Below are positions 18,422-27,351 of a stretch of 64,000 nucleotides of DNA, in pieces (within the stretch, counting starts at the first letter, position 1; each line of letters starts with the position of its first letter). The stretch is from Candidatus Aminicenantes bacterium (lineage in GTDB: Bacteria; Acidobacteriota; Aminicenantia; Aminicenantales; Aminicenantaceae): the NCBI GenBank assembly GCA_011773465.1, contig WVXO01000012.1, positions 71,561-135,560 of the forward strand, in the 5' to 3' direction. A model generated the notes under the pieces. The model ran no database searches. It was given only the letters and a program-made list of their open reading frames with translations, and was not told where the DNA came from. Position numbers and translations under genes: made by a program.

Positions 18422-19201
18422 ATGATAACGCTTTTTATTGATAATCAAAAAGTTGCCGTCAAAGAAGGAACGACATTGCTTAAAGCATCCGAAAAACTTG
18501 GAATAGAAATTCCCACACTCTGCTATCATGAAGGACTTCCCCCTTATGGTGCCTGCAGGCTCTGTGTTGTTGAGATAATTGGGGAAAAGAAAAACCGAAT
18601 GGTAGCAGCCTGCTCTTTTCTTGTTGATGAAGGAATGAAGGTTTTAACTATCTCCGACAGAGTTCTGAAGAGGCGACGCATGATTGTAGAATTTCTATTG
18701 GCTAGGTGCCCGGATATAAAAGCAATCAGGGATTTGGCTGATAAAATGGGCATTAAAAAGCCTCGCTTCAAAACTAAGAATTTGGACTGCATCCTTTGCG
18801 GCCTGTGTGTGCGTGTTTGCAATGAAGTTGCGGGAATAGGTGCAATTGGATTTGTGAATCGTGGCAAAAAGTTGAAAGTAGATACTCCTTTTCACCTGGC
18901 ATCGGATGTTTGTATCGGTTGCGGAGCCTGCTCTTTTGTTTGTCCTACAGGTGCTATTGAAATGGAATTGGATGCTGTGAAAAGATTCCGTGAGTTGCTT
19001 GGTATTGAACATAAATGTAGATATTCGCTCATGGGTTTAGTGTCTTACAAGGTTTGTTCCAATAATTATGAGTGTTGGAGGTGTAAGGTTGACCAAAGGA
19101 TTCGAGACTCACTTGCTACCCATCCTATATTTGCGGCAAAAAAGATAAAAACAGAAAAAGTAAATCAATATTTCTCATTTTTAAAAAAAATTCAGGAGTA
19201 G
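18422..19201 (+). CDS. FeS protein resembling only the N-terminal part of NuoG/HydA (2Fe-2S plus 4Fe-4S), with no catalytic domain
   Basis: 259 aa with CYHEGLPPYGACRLCVVEI (2Fe-2S ferredoxin fold), CILCGLCVRVC, CIGCGACSFVCP, and a Cys-containing tail CRYS...CSNNYECWRC. Confidence 0.8.
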   Translation: MITLFIDNQKVAVKEGTTLLKASEKLGIEIPTLCYHEGLPPYGACRLCVVEIIGEKKNRMVAACSFLVDEGMKVLTISDRVLKRRRMIVEFLLARCPDIKAIRDLADKMGIKKPRFKTKNLDCILCGLCVRVCNEVAGIGAIGFVNRGKKLKVDTPFHLASDVCIGCGACSFVCPTGAIEMELDAVKRFRELLGIEHKCRYSLMGLVSYKVCSNNYECWRCKVDQRIRDSLATHPIFAAKKIKTEKVNQYFSFLKKIQE

Positions 19202-19286
19202 CCGATACAATATGAATAGAAGCAATCTTACAGATTTGAAGCATAGAAAAACTCTGGGGAAAGGCTCCGTGGGATAAGGAGAGAAG

Positions 19287-19997
19287 ATGATTACAATTAG
19301 ATTAAACGGTGCAGAGGTTAGAGTTGAAAAGGGATGGACGATTTTAGAGGCCTGTAAGTTTTATGGGATTGCTATTCCAACTCTCTGCTACAACGAAGGG
19401 CTAAGTCCCTACGGAGGCTGCCGCCTCTGTCTTGTGGAGATAGGAGGGGGACTTAAGACCAAATTAGTCTCATCCTGCACTTATCCTGTTGAGGAAGGGC
19501 TTGTGGTTAACACTGATACAAAAAGAGTCATCGAAACGAGAAGGATGATGATAGAGCTTATGATTTCTATTGCTCCTAATTCTAAAACTATCCAGGACTT
19601 GGCCTCTAAATTCGGAGTTACAAAAGTTAGGTTCAAGATTCGAAACGAAGAATGCATCCTCTGCGGCCTCTGTGTCCGTATTTGCAGAGAGCAAATGGAC
19701 GGCAAAGCTATCGGTTTTCAGAATCGAGGGTACAAAAGAAAAATATCGACTCCCTTCGACATCCGCTCTGAGGAATGTCGTCTCTGTGGCGGTTGCATCT
19801 ATATCTGTCCTGCATGCCAGCTGAGGTGCCAAGGCCCGCAACCAGACACAGCTGTTTGCAATGCCTGTCTAACCATGGATCCAACCTGCTTGGACCATTA
19901 CGATGAGCTCCAATGCTGGATGTATGATGCCGGTCGCTGCGGCACTTGTGTTAGAGAAAAAACAGAAAAAAAGAAAACAATGAAAAATAAACTATGA
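19287..19997 (+). CDS. Second truncated NuoG/HydA-N-terminal-like FeS protein
   Basis: 236 aa with CYNEGLSPYGGCRLCLVEI, CILCGLCVRIC, CRLCGGCIYICP and a different Cys-rich tail (CQLRCQ...CNAC...CGTC). Confidence 0.8.
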   Translation: MITIRLNGAEVRVEKGWTILEACKFYGIAIPTLCYNEGLSPYGGCRLCLVEIGGGLKTKLVSSCTYPVEEGLVVNTDTKRVIETRRMMIELMISIAPNSKTIQDLASKFGVTKVRFKIRNEECILCGLCVRICREQMDGKAIGFQNRGYKRKISTPFDIRSEECRLCGGCIYICPACQLRCQGPQPDTAVCNACLTMDPTCLDHYDELQCWMYDAGRCGTCVREKTEKKKTMKNKL

Positions 19998-20063
19998 AGA
20001 GTAATGAATAATAATAAATCTTTTTTCTTACTATTTACTGATTACCAATGAAATAAGGAGGTT

Positions 20064-21650
20064 ATGACAATGGCTTATACAAAACTCAACAGAAGTGCTG
20101 CCACTTTAACAAAGAACAGAACAGAGGGCTCTATCAGCCCCTTTAGCGGGATGTGCGTTACCTGTGTTGACGGTTGTATCGGAATGTGTGAAATAGGAAA
20201 ATCTGCCTATCGTGGTCCTGAAGTTCTCTATCCACAACCCTTTGGTATCATCACTTCAGCCTCTGAAAAAGAATACCCAGTTGACCTTTCTCATTTCAGT
20301 ATCATGGGAACTGCAGTCGGTGCCCATGGCGTAAAAGCTGACTCCGATAAAGCCACATTCCCTAAGGTGACTATTGAAACACGAATAGGACATGATAAAG
20401 GAATTAAGTTAAAAGTCCCTTTTATCGTGTCTGCAATGGGCTCCACCAATGTGGCTAAGCAGAACTGGCAAGGATTAGCCATTGGAGCAGCCCTTTCTGG
20501 AACAATTCTCACCATAGGCGAAAATGTCTGCGGCATGGATGAAGAATCCGAATTCAAAAACGGGAATATTGTCCGGTCCCCTGATATGGAAACCAGGGTG
20601 AACCTGTTTAAAGAATGGCAAGAAAATGGTTACGGTACAATTGCAGTTCAGGCCAATGTGGAAGATACGCGATTGGGAGTTCATGAATATGTTATAAAAA
20701 AATTGGGGGTCGAAGCTGTGGAGCTGAAATGGGGTCAAGGAGCCAAGGACATAGGCGGAGAAGTCAAGATAAAAGATCTAAAGAAAGCCCAGGAATTAAA
20801 AAAGAGAGGCTACATCGTTCTGCCAGACCCTGAAAGTCCCAACGTGATTAAGGCTTTTGAGAAAGGTAGTTTCAAAGAATTTGAAAGACACTCTCGTTTG
20901 GGTATGGTTGAGGAAGAAAGCTTTATACAGAGAGTAGAGGAGCTGAGAAGTGCAGGAGCAAAATATGTATTCCTCAAAACAGGAGCCTACAGACCCGCAG
21001 ACTTAGCCCGGGCAGTAAAATTCTCTTCAAAAGCTAAGATTGACCTTCTAACGGTTGATGGAGCGGGTGGAGGAACAGGAATGAGCCCCTGGCGGATGAT
21101 GAATGAATGGGGCATCCCGAGTGTTGAAATTTGGTCTCTGTTGTATCAGTATCTCCGTAAACTTGATGAGAAAGGAGATTATATCCCGGATGTTGTGGTC
21201 TCTGGAGGAATCACCTTAGAAGACCAGATTTACAAGGCACTGGCTCTAGGAGCCCCTTATTTTAAGGCGGTAGGTATGGCAAGAGGACCCATGGCCGCAA
21301 CAATGGTGGGCAAAACCATTGGCAAGACAATAGAGGAAGGGCTGATTCCTGTATACGTCGAACGTTTCGGAAGCTCTGCTGAAGAAATTTTTGTAACAGC
21401 TCCAGAATTGAAAAGAAAATACAAAGAGAGATTCAACAATATACCTACAGGTGCTATGGGCCTTTACAGTTACTTCACAAGGCTCAGCCAAGGATTACGG
21501 CAGCTCATGGCAGGAAACAGAAAGTTTGCCCTTCAATATATCACTCGAAATGACATCGCGGCTTTAACGCAAGATGGAGCAAACATAAGCGGCATTCCTT
21601 ATATCCTGGATGTCGACAAGGAAGAAGTCGATAAAATCCTGAAAGGCTAA
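20064..21650 (+). CDS. GltB-type FMN-binding glutamate-synthase-family protein (synthase domain only)
   Basis: 528 aa with an N-terminal CVTCVDGCIGMC motif and the TIM-barrel motif DGAGGGTGMSP. There is no glutaminase or GXGXG domain. AAGGAGG at 20055-20061 fits the second ATG (20070) better than 20064. Confidence 0.85.
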   Translation: MTMAYTKLNRSAATLTKNRTEGSISPFSGMCVTCVDGCIGMCEIGKSAYRGPEVLYPQPFGIITSASEKEYPVDLSHFSIMGTAVGAHGVKADSDKATFPKVTIETRIGHDKGIKLKVPFIVSAMGSTNVAKQNWQGLAIGAALSGTILTIGENVCGMDEESEFKNGNIVRSPDMETRVNLFKEWQENGYGTIAVQANVEDTRLGVHEYVIKKLGVEAVELKWGQGAKDIGGEVKIKDLKKAQELKKRGYIVLPDPESPNVIKAFEKGSFKEFERHSRLGMVEEESFIQRVEELRSAGAKYVFLKTGAYRPADLARAVKFSSKAKIDLLTVDGAGGGTGMSPWRMMNEWGIPSVEIWSLLYQYLRKLDEKGDYIPDVVVSGGITLEDQIYKALALGAPYFKAVGMARGPMAATMVGKTIGKTIEEGLIPVYVERFGSSAEEIFVTAPELKRKYKERFNNIPTGAMGLYSYFTRLSQGLRQLMAGNRKFALQYITRNDIAALTQDGANISGIPYILDVDKEEVDKILKG

Positions 21651-21709
21651 TTCAAGGGAACAGGCAAATTTTCATTAGAAACGAACCTGTCCCTTTTTAT
21701 TTAATTATG

Positions 21710-21733
21710 AAATGGGGCCTGGCCCCATTTTTT
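21710..21733 (+). terminator. Palindromic hairpin AAATGGGGCCTGGCCCCATTTTTT (likely intrinsic terminator; member of a dispersed family)
   Basis: GC stem GGGGC/GCCCC flanked by an A-tract and a T-run, 60 nt after the stop at 21650. A second hairpin (gggaacagg...cctgtccc plus ttttt) lies at 21655-21700. Confidence 0.5.
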
Positions 21734-21904
21734 GCCATTTAATTAAAGGCTCCATCATCGTTGATTAAGCTTTTTTTATATTCTCTTTTATCCATTTCAT
21801 ACTTATCAGGCTTTTCTTGTTTATCTAGTATTCCTATTATAAGCCAGATAAATGAAATGCTTTACCCTTTATGAATGTTATGCTATAAATAGCTCTAGTT
21901 TAAA

Positions 21905-22585
21905 ATGGAAATAATAATAAGAATAATCGCTTACTTCATCCTGCTTTTTGCCATCACAATTCACGAGTCTGCCCACGGCTGGGCCGCCCTCAAATTTGGA
22001 GACCCCACAGCCTACCATCTGGGTAGAATAACTCTCAATCCCATACCACACATCGATCCTATCGGCACGGTAATTCTCCCCCTTATTATGATGATAACAG
22101 GCATCCCTTTTATCGGCTGGGCCAAGCCAGTACCGGTCAATCCTCTCAATTTGAGGAATCCACGCCGCGACAACCTCTGGATATCAGCCGCCGGACCTCT
22201 CTCTAACTTGACGGCCGCCGTAGTCTTTTTAATAGGCATCGTGATCCTGAAGTTCCTTAATCCCAATATAGTTTACTTTCTCAGGTCTTTCATTTTCGCC
22301 CAAACTGGTTTTGCTGGTGGATTTCATCCCCTTGGTGGATTGGCTTTGATCTTATTTTATGGTGCTCTTATCAATACTCTCCTGGCTATTTTCAACATGA
22401 TACCTATCCCACCTCTGGATGGAGGCGGAGTCCTGATGGGCCTTCTCTCTGATGAAGCGGCAGAAAAATACGATCGAATCCGCCCCTTTGGATTTCTTAT
22501 CATTCTCGGATTACTTTTTATCGGATTTCTTAACCTTATTTTTAGACCCATCTATATTTTAATAGCGACCATTGCCGTGGCCTAA
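21905..22585 (+). CDS. Site-2 protease family (M50) membrane metalloprotease
   Basis: 226 aa, polytopic, with HESAHG (HExxH) in the first helix. Confidence 0.85.
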   Translation: MEIIIRIIAYFILLFAITIHESAHGWAALKFGDPTAYHLGRITLNPIPHIDPIGTVILPLIMMITGIPFIGWAKPVPVNPLNLRNPRRDNLWISAAGPLSNLTAAVVFLIGIVILKFLNPNIVYFLRSFIFAQTGFAGGFHPLGGLALILFYGALINTLLAIFNMIPIPPLDGGGVLMGLLSDEAAEKYDRIRPFGFLIILGLLFIGFLNLIFRPIYILIATIAVA

Positions 22586-22586
22586 A

Positions 22587-23579
22587 ATGGGAGAAAAAAA
22601 GAAAAAAGTTGTTCTCAGCGGAATGAGACCTACAGGTCCTCTCCATCTTGGGCATCTGGCTGGGGCTCTGCGCAACTGGCTCAAATTCCAGGAGGAATAC
22701 AAGTGCTACTACACTATTGTCACCTGGCACGCCTTCAGCTCTGAATACCAGGATTCAAAGGTCATTAAAGACTATACATTTGAAGTGGCTGTGGATTGGT
22801 TGAGCACAGGATTAGACCCGAAAAAAAGCGTTCTTTTCGTTCAATCAGATATCAAAGAGCATGCTGAGCTCCATCTGCTTCTCTCGATGGTTATCCCCCT
22901 TCCCTGGCTGCATAGAGTTCCCACATTCAAAGAAATGCAGAGGGAACTTCCTGATAAAGACCTGAACACATACGGATTCCTCGGATATCCTGTGCTTCAA
23001 GCAGCTGATATTCTTATCTATAAAGCAGATGCCGTGCCTGTAGGCGAAGACCAGGCTTTTCACCTTGAATTTGCCCGAGAAGTGACAAGGCGATTCAACC
23101 GCCTTTTTGGCAACATTTTTCCCGAGCCTCAAACCTTTCTTACAGAAGTCCCCAAGCTGGCCGGAACAGACGGGCGCAAAATGAGCAAGTCTTACGGGAA
23201 TGCGATTTTGCTCAAAGACTCACCGGAAGTCATTCGACAAAAAATATCAACCATGAAGACGGATGTCAGGCGCAAACGCAGGACAGATCCTGGAGTCCCA
23301 GAAGACTGCCCCGTGTTTACTCTGAACAGAGCCTTTGTGGCGAAAAAACGAAGAGAGGAATTGGCTCAGGGGTGTCGAACAGCCGGAATAGGATGTTTGG
23401 AATGTAAAAACGTGGTCATCGAAAGCCTCCTTAACCTTCTTACCTCTTACAGGGAAAAAAGGGATAAATTCGAAAAAAAACCTCGGCTTGTTTGGGAAAT
23501 TCTGGAAGAAGGTAATGACAAAGCAAGACGAGTAGCCCAAAAGACCATGGAAGAAGTAAGATCTGCTATAGGTCTTTAA
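22587..23579 (+). CDS. trpS: Tryptophan--tRNA ligase
   Basis: Class I motifs HLGH and KMSKS. I prefer the ATG at 22587, 1 nt after the upstream stop, over the TTG at 22572 used in the ORF track. Confidence 0.93.
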   Translation: MGEKKKKVVLSGMRPTGPLHLGHLAGALRNWLKFQEEYKCYYTIVTWHAFSSEYQDSKVIKDYTFEVAVDWLSTGLDPKKSVLFVQSDIKEHAELHLLLSMVIPLPWLHRVPTFKEMQRELPDKDLNTYGFLGYPVLQAADILIYKADAVPVGEDQAFHLEFAREVTRRFNRLFGNIFPEPQTFLTEVPKLAGTDGRKMSKSYGNAILLKDSPEVIRQKISTMKTDVRRKRRTDPGVPEDCPVFTLNRAFVAKKRREELAQGCRTAGIGCLECKNVVIESLLNLLTSYREKRDKFEKKPRLVWEILEEGNDKARRVAQKTMEEVRSAIGL

Positions 23580-23595
23580 AAAATAATCGATATCT

Positions 23596-24330
23596 ATGGA
23601 CGCCTCCGCAACATATCAAGTAAGGTTAGAAGTTTTCGAAGGCCCTCTGGACCTTCTCCTGTTTCTGATTAAGAAGAAAAAAATTGATATCAATGATATT
23701 CCTATGGCCACAATCACCAGAGAATATTTAGAATACCTCAACCATAAGGAAAGGATAAATCTCGATAGGGAAGCTGAATTTCTTCTCATAGCTTCGCTCC
23801 TCATCTATATCAAATCCCAGATGCTTCTCCCTCGAGAAAGGGCCCTAGACGAAGAAAAAGACCCCCGTCAAATTCTCGTGGACCAGCTTCTGGATTATCA
23901 AAAAATAAAAGCAGCCAGCCTCCTTTTAAGAAAAAAGGAAGAAGATGAACTGCAGAAGTGGAAAAGAACAGCTCTCCCCTCTCTGTTTCCAGAAGAAGAA
24001 ACGGATTTCATGGAAGTCTCTCTATATGACCTGGCTGAATCCTTTTTTTCTCTCATGAGGAAAAAGGAGAAAAAAAAGACAAGAACCATTAAGAGGAAAG
24101 AATTTTCTCTAGAAGAAAAAACGAAGGAGATCATGGCTGTTTTAAAGGAGAACTCATTTCTAGATTTTTTGGATTATTTCAGCCAGCAGGAATCTTTTGA
24201 AGAAGCTTTTGTTTCTTTTTTCAGCCTTCTGGAACTTATCAAGTCCAGAATAGTCATTGCCGTCCAAAAAGGCCCTTTCCAGCCGATCAAGGTTAGGCTT
24301 CGCCAAGAAGCTTATTTGAAGAGAAAATGA
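23596..24330 (+). CDS. scpA: Segregation and condensation protein A
   Basis: 244 aa with a typical ScpA N-terminus FEGPLDLLLFLIKKKKIDINDIP. It overlaps scpB by 4 nt. Confidence 0.88.
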   Translation: MDASATYQVRLEVFEGPLDLLLFLIKKKKIDINDIPMATITREYLEYLNHKERINLDREAEFLLIASLLIYIKSQMLLPRERALDEEKDPRQILVDQLLDYQKIKAASLLLRKKEEDELQKWKRTALPSLFPEEETDFMEVSLYDLAESFFSLMRKKEKKKTRTIKRKEFSLEEKTKEIMAVLKENSFLDFLDYFSQQESFEEAFVSFFSLLELIKSRIVIAVQKGPFQPIKVRLRQEAYLKRK

Positions 24331-24896
24331 TGAAAAACCGCCTGAAGGAAGTCATCGAATCTTTGATCTTTATTTCCCTGGAGCCGCTGACGTTAGAGAA
24401 AATTAAAAATGTTCTTCAAGAATACTCAGAAGAGGAGATTGAGAAGGCTATTAAAGAGCTTCTTGAAAGCTATGCTACAAATGAAAGGGGAATCCAGATC
24501 ATCCAATCTGCAGGTGGCTATCTTTTCTCAACAAGGCCTGAGCATGATATATGGATAAGGCGTCTTTTCAAGTTGGAAAGAAAAGCCAAACTATCTTCAG
24601 CGGCTTTGGAGGCTTTGTCAGCCATCGCTTACCACCAACCTGCAACCCTGGCTGAAATCTCGGCTATGAGAGGAGTGGATTCCAGCCACACCCTCAAAAC
24701 TCTCCTTCAGAAAAAACTGATCAAAATTGTAGGAAGAAAAAAGAGCCCAGGGAGTCCGCTGATCTACAGGACGACTGATAAATTTTTAGCATATTTTGGT
24801 CTAACCGATATAAAGGATCTCCCATCTCCAGAGGAGATTTCAAAAATTCTAGAAGAGGAGAAAGATCTTGAGGAAGAAGAAAGCTCTGTTCATTAA
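24327..24896 (+). CDS. scpB: Segregation and condensation protein B
   Basis: 189 aa with IESLIFISLEPLTLEKI and winged-helix repeats, positioned after scpA. Confidence 0.88.
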   Translation: MMKNRLKEVIESLIFISLEPLTLEKIKNVLQEYSEEEIEKAIKELLESYATNERGIQIIQSAGGYLFSTRPEHDIWIRRLFKLERKAKLSSAALEALSAIAYHQPATLAEISAMRGVDSSHTLKTLLQKKLIKIVGRKKSPGSPLIYRTTDKFLAYFGLTDIKDLPSPEEISKILEEEKDLEEEESSVH

Positions 24897-26595
24897 AAAT
24901 GCAATCTTTTCTCTTATCACTTCGTTATTACTGGTGTTTCCCTTTTCTTGCCGACCTAGAGAAATAGAAATCCCGGAGCCTCCTTCAGACCGCCATCAGC
25001 CTTACAATTTCGTCGGGCGCAGGGGGATGGTTGTAGCTGCCCATCACCTCGCTGCAAAGGCGGGCTTGGAGATGCTAAAAAAAGGAGGAAATGCCATCGA
25101 CGCAATGGTGACAACAGCGTTTGCCTTGAACGCAAGTGAACCTTTTGCTTCCGGAATCGGAGGCGGAGGATTCATGATTATTTACCTTGCTTCAGAGAAC
25201 AGAGTCACTGTCGTAGATTTCAGGGAAAAAGCTCCTTCCAGGGTCCCTCGGGAAATATTCAACGACGAAGGCAGAATAAAACCCGACGGGCTGGCCGTTG
25301 CTGTCCCCAGCGCCCTGGCAGGATGGGTTTATTCTCTCAAAAAATACGGGACAAAAAGCCTGACAGATGTTACCCAGGAAGCCATTAGAATTGCCGAGAA
25401 TGGATTCGAGGTGAGCCAAACTTTCAGCCGTATCAATAAAGACCAATACGAAAAAATTCTCACTAACGCAGGAGAAGGAACTTGCTATCTGAACAAGGGC
25501 TTTCCCTATGAACCAGGAGACCTGTTCCGAAACCCTGAACTGGCCAGCACCTTAAAGCTTATTGCCTCTAAGGGAATAGATGAATTTTATAAGGGGGAGA
25601 TAGCCCAGAAGGTTGTAAAAGCGGTGAATGAAAAGGGCGGAGTAATGGACCTCAAAGATTTAGCTCTTTATAAGCCTGTTGAGCACCCGCCATTAAAGGG
25701 AATCTACAAAGATTACACACTTTTTACTATACCTCCTCCAAGCTCTGGAGGAGTACACATGATCCAACTTCTCAATATCATTGAGAATTGGCCTGTAAGA
25801 AAATGGGGTCGTAACTCTTCCCCTTATATCCATCATTTCTGCGAAGCTCTTCGCTTTGTCTTTGCCGATAGGTCGCGATATCTTGGTGATCCTGATTTTA
25901 TAAAGATCCCTGTCGAGGAACTTATCTCCAAAAAGTATGCTAAACAGATTGTTTCTCAAATCAAGCCAAATAGTCTTCTAGATGTTTATCCTTTCGGAAG
26001 ATTTGACGAGAGAAAGAACGATCAGGGAAATACGAGTCATGTGTGCGTTATTGATAAAAAGGGAAACATTGTCTCCTTAACTCACAGCATAAATCATTTT
26101 TTTGGTACAGGAATCGTCCCTGAAAACACAGGCTTTCTGCTGAATAATATTATGTATGATTTCTCTGATGATCCCAGCTCGCCTAATGCGCTGGGACCTT
26201 ATAGGCGGCCTTTAAGCTCTATGGGACCTCTTATAATGTTTAAAAAGGATAAGCCGTTTCTGATTCTGGGTTCACCAGGGGGAACGCGAATTTTTTCCTC
26301 CCTTACTCAGATAATTATCAATATCATTGATTTCAACATGTCTCTAGATGAAGCTATTGAAGCCCCTCGCTTCTTCACCTATTCCTCCGAGGGAAAGGCG
26401 CGAAGTATATCTCTCGAATCGCGGTTCCCTGAAAAAACCATTGAAACTCTAAAAAACATGGGACATAGTATCAGAATCAGAGAAGCTTTTGATAAATACT
26501 TCGGAGGTTCTCAGGGCATATTAATCCTCGAAGATAAAAAATTGATTTTGGGGGGAGCTGATTCTCGAAGAGATGGATATGGAGCAGGATATTAA
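24868..26595 (+). CDS. ggt: Gamma-glutamyltransferase (exported, lipoprotein-like signal)
   Basis: 575 aa with the autoprocessing/nucleophile region DQGNTSHVCVID and a GSPGGTRI motif. Signal segment ends in FPFSC. TTG start overlaps the scpB end. Confidence 0.9.
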   Translation: MRKKKALFIKNAIFSLITSLLLVFPFSCRPREIEIPEPPSDRHQPYNFVGRRGMVVAAHHLAAKAGLEMLKKGGNAIDAMVTTAFALNASEPFASGIGGGGFMIIYLASENRVTVVDFREKAPSRVPREIFNDEGRIKPDGLAVAVPSALAGWVYSLKKYGTKSLTDVTQEAIRIAENGFEVSQTFSRINKDQYEKILTNAGEGTCYLNKGFPYEPGDLFRNPELASTLKLIASKGIDEFYKGEIAQKVVKAVNEKGGVMDLKDLALYKPVEHPPLKGIYKDYTLFTIPPPSSGGVHMIQLLNIIENWPVRKWGRNSSPYIHHFCEALRFVFADRSRYLGDPDFIKIPVEELISKKYAKQIVSQIKPNSLLDVYPFGRFDERKNDQGNTSHVCVIDKKGNIVSLTHSINHFFGTGIVPENTGFLLNNIMYDFSDDPSSPNALGPYRRPLSSMGPLIMFKKDKPFLILGSPGGTRIFSSLTQIIINIIDFNMSLDEAIEAPRFFTYSSEGKARSISLESRFPEKTIETLKNMGHSIRIREAFDKYFGGSQGILILEDKKLILGGADSRRDGYGAGY

Positions 26596-26619
26596 TTATG
26601 TATTAATAAGGATAAAATT

Positions 26620-27183
26620 ATGAAAAAAATCACTCTCGCAGCTTTAATTCTTCTCGTTCTCCTCATTCTGGTCATATTCCCTCAAGAAAGGAAAGAATCT
26701 TCTTCTCCGCTTTTTGAACAGCCACTCCTGATCACTTCAGCAGGCCAGAATGCCGAAATTCTAATGGCTTCGGTCCTGGCAAAAAGAGCAGGGCTCGACT
26801 CGAAACTATCAAAAATTGCCACTCCGAAGGATTTAGTGAACATAAAAACTATTGTCCTGGTCCTGGGAGCAAGTTCAAAAGGCCTTGGAGCGGCAGGACT
26901 GGATATGACCAAAGAAAAGGAAAGAGTCAATCTGCTGATTGAAGAAGCTCAAAAGAAAACCGTTCCCCTCCTTTGCCTACACCTTGGCGGAGAAGCAAGA
27001 AGAGGCCCGCTATCAGATGAACTGATATCCGCTTTTCTTCCTTTCGCCAAAATGGCCATCGTGGTTAAGTCAGGAAATAAAGACGGATTTTTATCCGGGA
27101 TTTGTGAAAAGCACGACATTGCTCTTGTAGAAGTTGAAAAAACAGCGGATGTCTTAACTCCTTTAAAAGACGCGTTTAAATAA
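26620..27183 (+). CDS. Hypothetical signal-anchored protein (about 160-aa alpha/beta-like domain)
   Basis: 187 aa with N-terminal anchor MKKITLAALILLVLLILVIF. I could assign no motif. It starts 24 nt after ggt. Confidence 0.6.
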   Translation: MKKITLAALILLVLLILVIFPQERKESSSPLFEQPLLITSAGQNAEILMASVLAKRAGLDSKLSKIATPKDLVNIKTIVLVLGASSKGLGAAGLDMTKEKERVNLLIEEAQKKTVPLLCLHLGGEARRGPLSDELISAFLPFAKMAIVVKSGNKDGFLSGICEKHDIALVEVEKTADVLTPLKDAFK

Positions 27184-27315
27184 GAAAAGCCTTTCTCCCG
27201 TAAGTTTATCTAAAAGGATAAGTGAAGTATAAGAAATTCAACAGATAGATATTACAGAAGAGAAATCTAAGTAAAAGGATCTGATTTCTTTTTCGTAATT
27301 TTGCCTTTGATAAGG

Positions 27316-27335
27316 AAAAAGGGGCCAGGCCCCAT
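27316..27335. repeat. GGGGCCAGGCCCC palindrome family copy
   Basis: Sequence aaaaaggggccaggccccat. It lies between co-directional genes and has no T-run on the plus strand. Confidence 0.7.
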
Positions 27336-27351
27336 AATACCCTAATATAAA

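Noticed and set aside
22726-22740. TGGCACgccttCAGC, a sigma-54-like sequence
   Set aside because: It lies inside the trpS coding region, the -12 element is CAGC rather than TTGC, and no downstream gene start needs it.
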